From Rhizobium sp. Q54 (GTDB lineage: Bacteria; Pseudomonadota; Alphaproteobacteria; CADEGL01), in NCBI GenBank assembly GCA_945860095.1, contig CAMAPP010000002.1, positions 4,564-68,563 on the forward strand: a stretch of 64,000 nt of DNA. The letters run 5' to 3'. Made by a program: the position numbers and the translations under genes. Below are positions 40,930 to 50,345 of this stretch, piece by piece. Every line of letters begins with the position of its first letter. Within the stretch, counting starts at the first letter, position 1. The notes under the pieces are model-generated. The model ran no database searches, was not told where the DNA came from, and saw nothing but the letters and a program-made list of their open reading frames with translations.

Positions 40930-41609
40930 GCGCCGCGCGCGAGGCCATCTTGTCCCGCTTGCGCGCGGTCGCGCGCGAAACGCGTGCCGGAGCCGCGGCC
41001 GTCGAAGCCAGACTTGCCGACCGGAAGCCGAACCTCGTGCCGGCGCGCGCGCGCCAGCCCCGGCGCGAGACCATCGACGGTTTCAGGCGCATGGCGATCG
41101 AGGCATCGGCCGTCGTGCGCCGGATTCGGCACACGGACGATATTCCGGATGCGGTGATGGCAATTTTGCGGAGCGAAAATCGTCCGGCGCGCCTGGCGAT
41201 GGCGCCCGACGCCATGCTCGAGGCCTTGGGCTGGAATCGCGCCATGGTCGAGATTCGCTCGGGGCGTGCCGAAGCGCACGACGAGGTCGGGTTGAGCGTC
41301 GCCTTCGCCGGCATCGCCGAGACGGGGACGTTGATGATGGCTTCGGGGCCCACCTCGCCCGCGACGCTTGGATTTTTGCCCGAGTCCCATATCGTCGTCC
41401 TGTCCGCCGACGATGTGAGGGGCGCTTACGAGGACGGATGGGCTCTCTTGCGGGCGCGCGGCGGCCTTCCGCGCACCGTTAATTTTATCACCGGGCCTTC
41501 GCGCAGTGCGGATATCGAGCAAAAATTGCAGATGGGCGCGCATGGACCGCGCAATCTCCACATTCTGCTGATCGACCCGGATGCGGCCGAGCCGCCCGGC
41601 GACCGCTGA
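40926..41609 (+). CDS. lutC: lactate utilization protein C (LUD domain)
   Basis: GTG start overlapping the lutB stop. YkgG/LutC-like, about 227 aa. Confidence 0.75.
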   Translation: MSAAREAILSRLRAVARETRAGAAAVEARLADRKPNLVPARARQPRRETIDGFRRMAIEASAVVRRIRHTDDIPDAVMAILRSENRPARLAMAPDAMLEALGWNRAMVEIRSGRAEAHDEVGLSVAFAGIAETGTLMMASGPTSPATLGFLPESHIVVLSADDVRGAYEDGWALLRARGGLPRTVNFITGPSRSADIEQKLQMGAHGPRNLHILLIDPDAAEPPGDR

Positions 41610-41621
41610 GGAGGCCGCTAG

Positions 41622-42245
41622 GTGCCGATATCTCGCCGCAAATCACCAGGCACGCCGCAAGGTCCTCGGCACGAGGATGATTTCGCTTTGTGGCGGCAGG
41701 CTACCCGCGACATCCGTCCGCTCGACCGCGCCGAGCCGATGAGCGAGAAAAAGACGCCCCAATCTTCTGCCGGCGCGACGGGCGGGGGGTCTCCGAAACC
41801 GACTTTCGCGCCCGATGTTTCGAAGGCGCCCGATGTTTCGAAGGCGCCCCGTATGCCGAAGACGATGCCCAATGCCGGGCTCCTAGCCCGGCCGGCGCCG
41901 GGTCCAAGCCTTGAACTCGATGCGGCAACGGACCGCCGATTGCGGCGCGGCCAGTTGGCGATCGAGGGTAGGCTCGACCTCCACGGCTATACCCTGGCGG
42001 AAGGCTATGCCGAACTTGCAGAATTCATCGCCAATTCCCGTGAAGCGGGCCGGCGCTGCCTGCTTGTGGTCACGGGGCGGGGGGATGTGGCGGGCGAGCG
42101 CGGTGTGTTGCGCCGGAATCTTCCGCAATGGCTTGCTGGGCCGTCCTTACGCCCCTATGTCCTGGGCGTTTCGCCCGCGCAGCCCAAACATGGTGGGCTT
42201 GGGGCGTTTTACGTCCTGCTTCGCAAGGGCCTCCGCCACCGATGA
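41622..42245 (+). CDS. Smr-domain protein (small MutS-related endonuclease domain)
   Basis: C-terminal Smr domain (…LDLHGYTLAEGYAELAEFIANS…LLVVTGRG…). Internal DVSKAP tandem repeat. Confidence 0.8.
   Translation: MPISRRKSPGTPQGPRHEDDFALWRQATRDIRPLDRAEPMSEKKTPQSSAGATGGGSPKPTFAPDVSKAPDVSKAPRMPKTMPNAGLLARPAPGPSLELDAATDRRLRRGQLAIEGRLDLHGYTLAEGYAELAEFIANSREAGRRCLLVVTGRGDVAGERGVLRRNLPQWLAGPSLRPYVLGVSPAQPKHGGLGAFYVLLRKGLRHR
41791..41826. repeat. 2 x 18-bp perfect tandem repeat (CCCGATGTTTCGAAGGCG) inside smr, with a degenerate third unit
   Basis: Read from the sequence. It encodes PDVSKAPDVSKAP. Confidence 0.85.
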
Positions 42246-42631
42246 CACCGTTCGGACAGAAATTGCGCGAGCTTCGCGCCGCGCGCGGCACGACCCTGAA
42301 ACAGATGGCGGCGGCACTCCATGTCACGCCCGCCTACCTTTCGGCCTTGGAAAATGGCCGGAGGGGAAAACCTCGCAAGGGCCTGGTCATGCAGGTTTGC
42401 GCGGTTCTCGGAATCATTTGGGACGATGCCGAGGATCTGGTTCGCCTGGCGCGGCTATCCGACCCCCGGCCCAAGATCGACACCGCCGGCCTGAGTCCAA
42501 AGGCGACGGAGCTGGCCAATCGACTGGCGGGAGAAATTGCCCGGCTGACCGAACCCGAGCTGAGCGCGATGCTTGCGACCCTGCAACGGGGGGAGCCGAC
42601 TGTCGGTGGGCTCAAGAAGATAAAACAATAA
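42242..42631 (+). CDS. XRE-family helix-turn-helix transcriptional regulator
   Basis: HTH_3 motif (…LRELRAARGTTLKQMAAALHVTPAYLSALENGRR…). ATGA overlap with the smr stop. Confidence 0.8.
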   Translation: MTPFGQKLRELRAARGTTLKQMAAALHVTPAYLSALENGRRGKPRKGLVMQVCAVLGIIWDDAEDLVRLARLSDPRPKIDTAGLSPKATELANRLAGEIARLTEPELSAMLATLQRGEPTVGGLKKIKQ

Positions 42632-42879
42632 ATATTTCAAAGACATAAAGAAGATATATGATATTATACTTCAATTTTATTAAAAAAGAGATGGATTTTC
42701 CCGAATATTTTTGCTCAGTTGATATAGTTATAAACAAGTTATCCACAAATATTCATCAAAACCGTTAACTAATCTAATTTATCAATACGTCAAACTAACT
42801 ATTTCATATAATGTAAGTTTAATTTATTTACCATAAACATGAGAAAACATATTCACAGCGCCGTGAATCCGCTAGTGAA
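42632..42879. other. extremely AT-rich (~22% GC) non-coding island with a perfect DnaA box TTATCCACA (~42739-42747)
   Basis: By hand count there are about 49 G+C in about 219 nt, against about 65-70% GC in the flanking genes. No ORF of 60 aa or more. It sits in the convergent gap between the XRE gene and hslU. Confidence 0.85.
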
Positions 42880-44187
42880 TCAGAGTATGAACCGGCTGAG
42901 ATCCGTGCTCTTGGCGAGTTCGCCGACTCGGCTATCGACGAAATCGGCATCGATGGTAATTGCCGTGCCCGGTTGGTCGGAAGCGGTGAAGCTCACATCC
43001 TCCAAAAGGCGTTCGAGCACGGTGTGCAGGCGGCGGGCACCGATATTCTCGACGCGCTCGTTGATCTCGGCGGCCAGAGTCGCCAGCCGATCGATCGCGT
43101 CGGGGCGAAAATCGAGCGTCACATCCTCGGTCTTCAACAGGGCAACATATTGTTTGATCAGGCTGTTTTCCGGCTCCGTCAGAATCCGAATGAAATCTTC
43201 CCGGCCCAGGGCAGTCAACTCCACCCGGATGGGCAGGCGGCCCTGCAATTCGGGCAGCAGGTCCGAAGGCTTTGCCAGGTGGAAGGCGCCCGAGGCGATA
43301 AACAGCACATGATCGGTTTTGACCGGGCCGTGCTTGGTCGAGACCGTGGTGCCTTCGATCAGGGGCAAGAGATCGCGCTGCACGCCCTCGCGGCTGACAT
43401 CGGCGCCGGCACGCTCGCCGCGGGCGCAGATCTTGTCGATTTCGTCCAGGAACACGATGCCGTTCTGTTCCACGGCGGCGATCGCATCCTGCAGCACCTT
43501 CTCGTCGTCGATCAGCTTGTCGCTTTCCTGCGCCACCAGAACGGCGTGGGAATCGACGACCTTGAGCTTCTTGGTGCGGGTGCGTCCGCCGAACGCCTTG
43601 CCGAGCATTTCGTTCAAGTTCAGCATGCCGACTTGGGCGCCCGGCATGCCCGGGATGTCGAAGGTGGGTAGGGCGCTAGAGCCCTCCGCCACGGCGATTT
43701 CAATTTCCCGATCGTCAAGCTGTCCCTCGCGAAGCATCTTGCGGAATTTCTGCCGGGTCTCCGCCGAGGCGCCGTCGCCCACCAAGGCATCGAGCACCCG
43801 GTCCTCGGCGGCCAATTCCGCGTTCGCGAAAACCGATTTCCGCAATTTCTGTCGGACCATGGCGATGGAGACCTCGAGCAGATCGCGTACGATCTGCTCG
43901 ACATCGCGTCCGACATAACCGATTTCGGTGAACTTGGTCGCCTCGACCTTGATGAATGGCGCCTCGGCAAGGCGCGCCAGGCGCCGCGCGATCTCGGTTT
44001 TTCCGACCCCCGTGGGACCGATCATCAGGATGTTCTTCGGCAGAACTTCCTCGCGCAACGGTTCGGGCAATTGCATGCGTCGCCAGCGGTTGCGGAGCGC
44101 GATCGCCACCGCGCGCTTAGCCTTGCCCTGACCGACGACGTAGCGGTCGAGCTCGGAGACGATTTCGCGCGGGCTGAACGAGCTCAT
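42880..44187 (-). CDS. hslU: ATP-dependent protease ATPase subunit HslU
   Basis: AAA+ Walker A motif ([16 protein letters not shown]) and about 435 aa. Confidence 0.95.
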   Translation of the reverse strand: MSSFSPREIVSELDRYVVGQGKAKRAVAIALRNRWRRMQLPEPLREEVLPKNILMIGPTGVGKTEIARRLARLAEAPFIKVEATKFTEIGYVGRDVEQIVRDLLEVSIAMVRQKLRKSVFANAELAAEDRVLDALVGDGASAETRQKFRKMLREGQLDDREIEIAVAEGSSALPTFDIPGMPGAQVGMLNLNEMLGKAFGGRTRTKKLKVVDSHAVLVAQESDKLIDDEKVLQDAIAAVEQNGIVFLDEIDKICARGERAGADVSREGVQRDLLPLIEGTTVSTKHGPVKTDHVLFIASGAFHLAKPSDLLPELQGRLPIRVELTALGREDFIRILTEPENSLIKQYVALLKTEDVTLDFRPDAIDRLATLAAEINERVENIGARRLHTVLERLLEDVSFTASDQPGTAITIDADFVDSRVGELAKSTDLSRFIL

Positions 44188-44726
44188 AGCGCTTCGAGCG
44201 CCACGTTCGTGTTGGTGTAGATGCAGATCCCGGCCGCGACCGCCATCGATTTCCGCGCGATCGCCTCGGCATCGAGCTCGGGCTGATCGAACAACGCGCG
44301 CGCGGCCGCCAGCGCGTAGGGGCCACCCGAGCCGATGCCAATCATGCCGTCCTCGGGTTCGAGCACGTCGCCCGTGCCGCTCATCACCAAGGACGTGGTG
44401 CGATCGGCCACGGCCATCATGGCTTCAAGCCGGCGCAGAAACCGATCGGTGCGCCAATCCTTGGCCAACTCCACGCATGCCCGGACCAATTGCCCGGGGT
44501 GTTTTTCGAGTTTCGATTCGAGGCGCTCGAACAAGGTCAATGCATCGGCGGTCGCGCCCGCGAATCCGGCGATTACCCGGCCGTCGCTCAATCGGCGAAC
44601 CTTACGGGCGTTCGACTTGACGATCGTCGCGCCGAGGGTCACCTGGCCGTCGGCCGCGATCACCACCCGGTCGCCTTTGCGGATCGAGAGCACGGTCGTG
44701 CCGTGCCACAGGGAAGAATGGTCCAT
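44184..44726 (-). CDS. hslV: ATP-dependent protease subunit HslV
   Basis: …[13 protein letters not shown]…IAGFAG… with the alphaproteobacterial N-terminal propeptide. Overlaps the hslU start. Confidence 0.95.
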   Translation of the reverse strand: MDHSSLWHGTTVLSIRKGDRVVIAADGQVTLGATIVKSNARKVRRLSDGRVIAGFAGATADALTLFERLESKLEKHPGQLVRACVELAKDWRTDRFLRRLEAMMAVADRTTSLVMSGTGDVLEPEDGMIGIGSGGPYALAAARALFDQPELDAEAIARKSMAVAAGICIYTNTNVALEAL

Positions 44727-44807
44727 GGCCTGGGGATATGGCCCGCTCGGCCGCTTACGTCAATGTCGCGCGGGGCCGTGCCCGGCTGCGTCGGCACGCG
44801 CGGGCCG

Positions 44808-45554
44808 TCAGTTGAGGATCAGGCGGAATACAAAGGGCGAGCTTGGGCGGCCGGCCACCAAGAGGTTTTCGCCCGTGACGAGCGCCTGAACCTGGCTGAT
44901 CTCGCTCCGGCCGATGCGCACGCCGTTCACGACCGTGCCCAATTGGCTCCAGATGTCCTTCACGACCGGGCCGTTGACGCCGGGCTCGATGGAAAAATGT
45001 TGACGCGATAAATTGAACGGTTTTGCGTCGTCGAGCGTAAGTTCGATGCCAACCGTGGTTCCGGTTTCGCCGTCGTCCACCTTGCGTCCCACGCGGAAGG
45101 GTAGGACGGTTACCTCGTAGCCGTCGGGTAGCATCTGCGCCGTCAGCTTTTGCGATGACGGCAGAATCCGAATGGCGAATTTCGGCGCCTCGGCAACCAA
45201 GACAACCGCTGGCAGGTTCTTGCCGAGCAAGCCCGGGATGTCCACCAGGCTTTCGAACAACCGCTTCATGAAAGGCACGATCACGCTGCCCTTGGCATCC
45301 ATCGCGGCCAAGAAATCCTCGCGCGCGATCATGGCGACCGTCGTGTCCACCACGGCGCGGCACGCCACTTGGCTCGGCCGCCCGATCATGATCGCCGTGT
45401 CCCCGATGACATGACCACGGCCTTGACGCTCTCCGGTTTCGACGCGCCCGCCCTTCGTGATTTCGACCTCGCCGTGCAGAATGACGAAGGCGAAGCTTGG
45501 TGGATCGCCCGGCCGGACCAGAGTTTCACCTGCGGAAAACCGACGATGTTTCAT
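44808..45554 (-). CDS. cyclic-nucleotide-binding domain / FHA domain fusion protein
   Basis: N-terminal cNMP-binding beta-barrel (…ETLVRPGDPPSFAFVILHGEVEI…). C-terminal FHA domain (…PFRVGRK…LSRQHFSIE…TVVNGVRI). Start placed at MKHRRF. The track ORF extends to 45602. Confidence 0.65.
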   Translation of the reverse strand: MKHRRFSAGETLVRPGDPPSFAFVILHGEVEITKGGRVETGERQGRGHVIGDTAIMIGRPSQVACRAVVDTTVAMIAREDFLAAMDAKGSVIVPFMKRLFESLVDIPGLLGKNLPAVVLVAEAPKFAIRILPSSQKLTAQMLPDGYEVTVLPFRVGRKVDDGETGTTVGIELTLDDAKPFNLSRQHFSIEPGVNGPVVKDIWSQLGTVVNGVRIGRSEISQVQALVTGENLLVAGRPSSPFVFRLILN

Positions 45555-45804
45555 GGCCCCAAGGATTTCCGATCGCACCAATATCCGCCCGCGCCGCCGC
45601 AAGGCGCGGGGTTTGGGGGTTTTCTCCCCCTTTGTGCCCCTTATGGCAAAATCCTTACCACTTGAGACACGGAAGGTGAAGATTCTACTTAGGTTCGAAA
45701 ATGCCGAGTGACCCGGGCGTGGTTTCGGGCAGGCTGGCGCCCCAAATGCGCACTTGGTACAACCCCGAGCCCCAATGCTCGGGACTGATCATCGGAGAGA
45801 AGCC

Positions 45805-46404
45805 ATGCGCCGCGCGACGATCATGCGCAAGACGCGCGAAACCGTGATTTCGGCCACGGTGCAGCTCGAAGGCACTGGAAAGTCGAAGATTTCCACGGGA
45901 ATCGGCTTCCTCGATCACATGATCGATCAGCTCGCCCGGCACAGCCTGACCGATATCGAATTATCGGCCAAAGGCGATCTGCACATCGATTTTCACCACA
46001 CGACCGAGGACACGGGCATCGCTCTCGGCCAAGCCTTCGCCCAGGCGCTCGGCGATCGCCGCGGCATCCAGCGCTTTGGCCAGGCGCTCATCCCCATGGA
46101 CGAGACGCTGACGCGCGTCGCGCTCGACGCCTCGAACCGGCCCTACCTCGTCTGGAAGGTCGCGCTGTCGCGTCCCAAATTGGGCGAGATCGACACCGAG
46201 CTGTTCAAGGAATGGTTTCAGGCCTTCGCCCAGAATGCCGGGTTGACGCTGCACGTGGAAAATCTCTACGGCGAGAACAACCACCACATCGTCGAGTCCT
46301 GTTACAAGGGATTGGCGCGGGCCCTGCGGCAGGCGATCGAAATCGATCCGCGCCAGGCCGGCGAGATTCCCTCGACCAAGGGCACGCTCGGCAAGACGCT
46401 TTAG
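45805..46404 (+). CDS. hisB: imidazoleglycerol-phosphate dehydratase
   Basis: …[15 protein letters not shown]… and …DFHHTTED… motifs. About 199 aa from the [12 protein letters not shown] start. Confidence 0.9.
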   Translation: MRRATIMRKTRETVISATVQLEGTGKSKISTGIGFLDHMIDQLARHSLTDIELSAKGDLHIDFHHTTEDTGIALGQAFAQALGDRRGIQRFGQALIPMDETLTRVALDASNRPYLVWKVALSRPKLGEIDTELFKEWFQAFAQNAGLTLHVENLYGENNHHIVESCYKGLARALRQAIEIDPRQAGEIPSTKGTLGKTL

Positions 46405-46427
46405 AACGCCAAGACGCTTTAGAACGC
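46392..46427. repeat. 2 x 18-bp perfect tandem duplication (CAAGACGCTTTAGAACGC) spanning the hisB stop codon
   Basis: Read from the sequence. Unit 1 includes the last codons plus TAG of hisB. Unit 2 is the same 18 nt immediately downstream. Confidence 0.85.
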
Positions 46428-46438
46428 AAGGTCGCGCC

Positions 46439-46888
46439 GTGGAAATATTCACCGTGCATCGCCGGCTCGAAGGATCTGCCGGCGGCAGCGTTTATGACCG
46501 AGCATCGCGGCACAGGGCGGGGCGCGCCCTCGTGCGCCTTCTCCAGGATCCGCTCGATGGGCCCGTGCTGGTCAAAGAAGGCTTCGCCTGGTGGGCGGCG
46601 CTATTCGGCCCTCTTTGGGCGCTCAATCATCGCCTTTGGGGCTATGGATTTCTGCTCATTTTGGCCGAAGGCGCGGTAGCCGCTATTGCCGCCGGATTGG
46701 CCGATCCTGTCGTCGATGCGGCTCTTGCCCTAGCCTTCGTGGCGGTCGTTGGATTTTCGGCGAACGATGCGCGCAGGGCCGCCTTTGCCGCGCGCGGCGC
46801 GCCGGCGGTTGCCATCGTCGCGGCGCGCGATCGCGACGCCGCGTTTCTGCGATATGTCGACCGCCTAGGCACGCGGGCGGCACCGTGA
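46439..46888 (+). CDS. DUF2628 domain-containing membrane protein
   Basis: Small two-TM protein. A conserved insert between hisB and hisH in alphaproteobacterial his operons. Confidence 0.65.
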   Translation: MEIFTVHRRLEGSAGGSVYDRASRHRAGRALVRLLQDPLDGPVLVKEGFAWWAALFGPLWALNHRLWGYGFLLILAEGAVAAIAAGLADPVVDAALALAFVAVVGFSANDARRAAFAARGAPAVAIVAARDRDAAFLRYVDRLGTRAAP

Positions 46889-47520
46889 CCGTCGCCATTG
46901 TCGATTACGGCTCGGGCAATCTCCGCTCCGCCGCCAAGGCCTTCGAACGCGCGGCCGAGGGCGGTGCGCGTATCCTCGTGACCGCCGATCCGGACGCGGT
47001 ACGTGGCGCCGAACGCGTGGTGCTCCCCGGCGTGGGCGCGTTCGCCGATTGCATGCGCGGCCTGGCCGCCTTGCCCGGCATGGTCGCGGCCTTGCGCGAG
47101 GTCGCGCTCGAACGCCGCCGGCCGATTCTCGGCATTTGCGTCGGCATGCAGCTCATGGCCGAACGCGGACTCGAACACGGCACGCACGCGGGCCTCGGCT
47201 GGCTCGAGGGCGAGGTCACGGCCATCGCACAGGCGGACGCGTCCTTGCGCGTGCCGCACATGGGATGGAACCAGCTCGAAATTCGCGCGGCCGCCCACCC
47301 GGTACTTCGCGGCATTGCCGAGGGCGCGCACGTCTATTTCGTCCACAGCTACGCCATGGCCTGCCGGCGCGCGCGCGATGTCCTCGCGACGGCCGATTAC
47401 GGCGGGCCGCTCGCGGCCGTCGTCGGGCGCGACAATTTGGTCGGAACCCAGTTCCACCCGGAAAAAAGTCAGGCTTCCGGCCTGCGACTCATCGCGAATT
47501 TTCTGTCGTGGAATCCGTAA
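46885..47520 (+). CDS. hisH: imidazole glycerol phosphate synthase, glutamine amidotransferase subunit
   Basis: GTG start overlapping the upstream stop. Catalytic triad context (…GICVGMQLM… and …HSY…). Confidence 0.9.
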   Translation: MTVAIVDYGSGNLRSAAKAFERAAEGGARILVTADPDAVRGAERVVLPGVGAFADCMRGLAALPGMVAALREVALERRRPILGICVGMQLMAERGLEHGTHAGLGWLEGEVTAIAQADASLRVPHMGWNQLEIRAAAHPVLRGIAEGAHVYFVHSYAMACRRARDVLATADYGGPLAAVVGRDNLVGTQFHPEKSQASGLRLIANFLSWNP

Positions 47521-48050
47521 TGGCGGAAACCGCGATTCGCATCTCGGTCGATCCGGCGGAAGATTTCAAAGGCCCCGACCTTTACGATTTGTGCGACTCG
47601 ACCGAGGGCGCGATCATCGATGGCGGAGGCTTCGGCTGGGTGCGCCCGCCGCCGCGCAAGACGCTGGAGCAATATTATCGCGGCGTTCTCGCGGTACCCG
47701 AGCGCAGCTTGTTCCTTGGTCGGCTCGACGGCGTCGTCTGTGCCGCGGCGCAACTTGTGCGTCCGCCGCCGAACAACGAGGCCCAGGCCTTCGCCGCGCA
47801 ACTCATGCATGCCTTCGTCGCGCCCTGGGCGCGCGGCCATGGCTTGGCGCGCGAACTCACCCTTGCGGTCGAACGTTACGCGCGGCGCGAGGGTTATAAG
47901 ATTTTGCGCCTCGACGTGCGCGAAACCCAAAGTGCCGCGATCAAGCTCTACGAATCCCTGCGGTACACTCGCTGGGCGACCAATCCAAAATACGCCCTCG
48001 TCGGCGGCAAGATGATCGCGGGCTATTACTATTACAAAGAACTCAAATGA
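47520..48050 (+). CDS. GNAT-family N-acetyltransferase
   Basis: Acetyl-CoA binding motif region (…HGLARELTLAVERYARREGYKILRLDV…). Overlaps the hisH stop by 1 nt. Confidence 0.7.
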   Translation: MAETAIRISVDPAEDFKGPDLYDLCDSTEGAIIDGGGFGWVRPPPRKTLEQYYRGVLAVPERSLFLGRLDGVVCAAAQLVRPPPNNEAQAFAAQLMHAFVAPWARGHGLARELTLAVERYARREGYKILRLDVRETQSAAIKLYESLRYTRWATNPKYALVGGKMIAGYYYYKELK

Positions 48051-48054
48051 CCCG

Positions 48055-48795
48055 ATGATCCTATTTCCCGCGATCGACTTGAAGGACGGCGAATGCGTGC
48101 GCCTTGCGCAGGGCGAGATGACGCGCGCGACCGTGTACAATTCCGATCCTGCGGATCAGGCGCGGCGCTTTGCCGCGTCCGGCTGTCGCTGGCTGCATGT
48201 GGTCGATCTCGACGGCGCCTTCGCGGGCGCGCCGCGCAATGCCGGAGCGGTGTCCGCGATTCTGGACGCGGTCGGCGTCAAGGTGCAATTGGGCGGCGGT
48301 ATCCGCGACCGCGCGGGCATCGACCGCTGGCTCGAGGCCGGCGTGGCGCGCGTGGTGCTCGGCACGGTCGCCGCCGAGGATCCCGAACTCGTGCGCGCGG
48401 CGGCGCGCGCGCATCCGGGGCGGGTGGTCGCCGGGATCGACGCGCGCGGCGGGCGCGTCGCGGTGCGCGGCTGGGCCGAGACGACCGAGATCCCCGCGCG
48501 CGATCTCGCGCGCCGCATGGCCGATGCCGGCATCGCCGCCATCGTCCACACCGACATCGAACGCGACGGCGTGCTTTCGGGACCCAATGTCGCGGCGACC
48601 GCCAGCTTGGCCGAGGGTCTGGGTGTGCCGGTGATCGTTTCAGGCGGGATATCCAGCCTCGACGATCTGTTGCGCGTGAAGGCGGCCGAATCGCGCGGCG
48701 TCGCGGGCGCCATCGTGGGGCGCGCGCTCTACGACGGGCGTATCGATCTCCGCGCGGCAATCGATGCGGTGGAAGGCCGCGCGAGCGCGTGCTGA
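48055..48795 (+). CDS. hisA: 1-(5-phosphoribosyl)-5-[(5-phosphoribosylamino)methylideneamino]imidazole-4-carboxamide isomerase
   Basis: [12 protein letters not shown]… N-terminus and about 246 aa. Confidence 0.9.
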   Translation: MILFPAIDLKDGECVRLAQGEMTRATVYNSDPADQARRFAASGCRWLHVVDLDGAFAGAPRNAGAVSAILDAVGVKVQLGGGIRDRAGIDRWLEAGVARVVLGTVAAEDPELVRAAARAHPGRVVAGIDARGGRVAVRGWAETTEIPARDLARRMADAGIAAIVHTDIERDGVLSGPNVAATASLAEGLGVPVIVSGGISSLDDLLRVKAAESRGVAGAIVGRALYDGRIDLRAAIDAVEGRASAC

Positions 48796-49577
48796 AGGTG
48801 CGTCTCATACCTTGCCTCGACGTGAAGGGCGGGCGCGTGGTCAAGGGCGTGAATTTCGTCGGCTTGCGCGATGCCGGCGATCCGGTCGAACAGGCGCGCA
48901 TCTACGACCGCGAGGGCGCGGACGAGCTGTGCTTCCTCGACATCACGGCCAGCCACGAAAACCGCGCGATCATCCTCGACGTCGTGCGCGCGACCGCCGA
49001 GCAATGCTTCATGCCCTTGACCGTGGGCGGCGGGGTGCGGGCGCTCGAGGATATTCGGAAACTTCTCCTGGCCGGCGCCGACAAGGTCTCGATAAACACT
49101 GCGGTCGTCGAGCGGCCGGAATTCGTCGGCGAGGCGGCCGAGAAATTTGGCACCCAATGCATCGTCGTCGCGCTCGACGCCAAGCAAACGGCACCGGGGC
49201 GATTCGAGATATTCACCCATGGCGGCCGGAATCCGACCGGCATCGACGCGGTCGAATGGGCGCGGCGGATGGCGGCGCTCGGTGCCGGGGAATTGCTGGT
49301 GACTTCGATGGACCGCGACGGCACGCGCGCGGGCTTCGATATATCGCTCACCCGCGCGATCGCCGATGCCGTGCGCGTGCCCGTGATCGCCTCGGGCGGG
49401 GTGGGCACGCTCGATCACCTGGTTGCGGGCGTGACCGAGGGCCATGCCTCGGCCGTGCTCGCGGCCTCGATCTTCCACTTCGGCAGCCATACCATTGCCG
49501 CGGCCAAGGCGCATATGAAGAACGCCGGCGTAGCCGTGCGCGAGATCGAAACCCCCAACGAGGACAACGCGCCATGA
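48789..49577 (+). CDS. hisF: imidazole glycerol phosphate synthase cyclase subunit
   Basis: …[19 protein letters not shown]… with a GTG start overlapping the hisA stop. Confidence 0.9.
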   Translation: MLKVRLIPCLDVKGGRVVKGVNFVGLRDAGDPVEQARIYDREGADELCFLDITASHENRAIILDVVRATAEQCFMPLTVGGGVRALEDIRKLLLAGADKVSINTAVVERPEFVGEAAEKFGTQCIVVALDAKQTAPGRFEIFTHGGRNPTGIDAVEWARRMAALGAGELLVTSMDRDGTRAGFDISLTRAIADAVRVPVIASGGVGTLDHLVAGVTEGHASAVLAASIFHFGSHTIAAAKAHMKNAGVAVREIETPNEDNAP

Positions 49578-49963
49578 AGACGCGCGCCAAGCGTGCCAAG
49601 GGTGGGCGCAAGACCAAACCCGACGCGCGCGTCCTTGACTGCTTGCACGCCACGATCGAGACGCGGCGCGGCGATGACCCGGAGAAGTCGTACACCGCGA
49701 AGCTTCTGGCCAAGGGCACGCGGACGATCGCCAAGAAATTCGGCGAGGAATCGGCCGAAGTCATCATCGACGCGGTTGCGCGCAAACCCGCGGGCCTGGT
49801 GCGCGAAAGCGCCGATGTGCTTTACCATTTGCTGGTGATGTGGGCGGATGCGCGCATCAAGCCCGGCAAGGTCTGGGCCGAGCTCGCGCGCCGCGAAGGC
49901 ATATCGGGCATCGCGGAGAAGCGCGCGCGGCAAAACGCACGGCAAGGCAAGAGGGCGAGATGA
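49574..49963 (+). CDS. hisE: phosphoribosyl-ATP pyrophosphatase
   Basis: …[12 protein letters not shown]…[13 protein letters not shown]… signature. ATGA overlap with hisF. Confidence 0.8.
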   Translation: MKTRAKRAKGGRKTKPDARVLDCLHATIETRRGDDPEKSYTAKLLAKGTRTIAKKFGEESAEVIIDAVARKPAGLVRESADVLYHLLVMWADARIKPGKVWAELARREGISGIAEKRARQNARQGKRAR

Positions 49964-50325
49964 GCTACGATTCGAACAATATTTTCGCCCGCATCCTGCG
50001 TGGCGAAATTCCATGCAGAAAGGTGGACGAGGACGCGCACACCCTGTCCTTTCACGACATCAACCCGCTCGCCCCGACCCATGTTCTGGTCGTGCCCAAG
50101 GGCGAGTACCGCGACGTGACGGATTTCGCCGACCGGGCGTCGGACGCGGAAATCGCCGCGCTGTTCCGCGCCGCCGCGCGCGTCGCCAAGGCGCAAGGGG
50201 TCGAGGGTGCCGGATACCGGGTGCTCGCAAATTGCGGCGCCGACGCGCACCAGGAAGTGCCGCACCTGCACCTTCACGTCTTCGGCGGAAGGCCCCTCGG
50301 TGCCATGTTGAAGCGCGCGAAATAG
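49960..50325 (+). CDS. HIT-family (histidine triad) nucleotide hydrolase
   Basis: HxHxHxx motif (VPHLHLHVFGG). ATGA overlap with hisE. Confidence 0.85.
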   Translation: MSYDSNNIFARILRGEIPCRKVDEDAHTLSFHDINPLAPTHVLVVPKGEYRDVTDFADRASDAEIAALFRAAARVAKAQGVEGAGYRVLANCGADAHQEVPHLHLHVFGGRPLGAMLKRAK

Positions 50326-50345
50326 TCGCGTCAGGCCCTGAGGCG

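Noticed and set aside
42658-42768. 36-codon ORF inside the AT-rich island (MILYFNFIKK…)
   Set aside because: Below any reliable size threshold. In 22% GC DNA such ORFs arise by chance (stop codons are AT-rich but so are Met/Ile/Lys/Phe/Asn codons). It is mentioned inside the AT-island finding (42632-42879) and is not called as a feature.
44727-44756. sigma-32-like TTGACG-N15-GCCATATCC upstream of hslV
   Set aside because: The -10-like element ends only about 8 nt from the hslV start codon, leaving no room for a leader or RBS. Treated as coincidental unless the hslV start is mis-called.
45603-45700. GGGGG-TTTTCT-CCCCC-TTT hairpin between the cNMP/FHA gene and hisB
   Set aside because: It is terminator-like on the plus strand, but no plus-strand gene lies upstream of it. 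On the minus strand it lacks a U-tract. No functional assignment could be supported.
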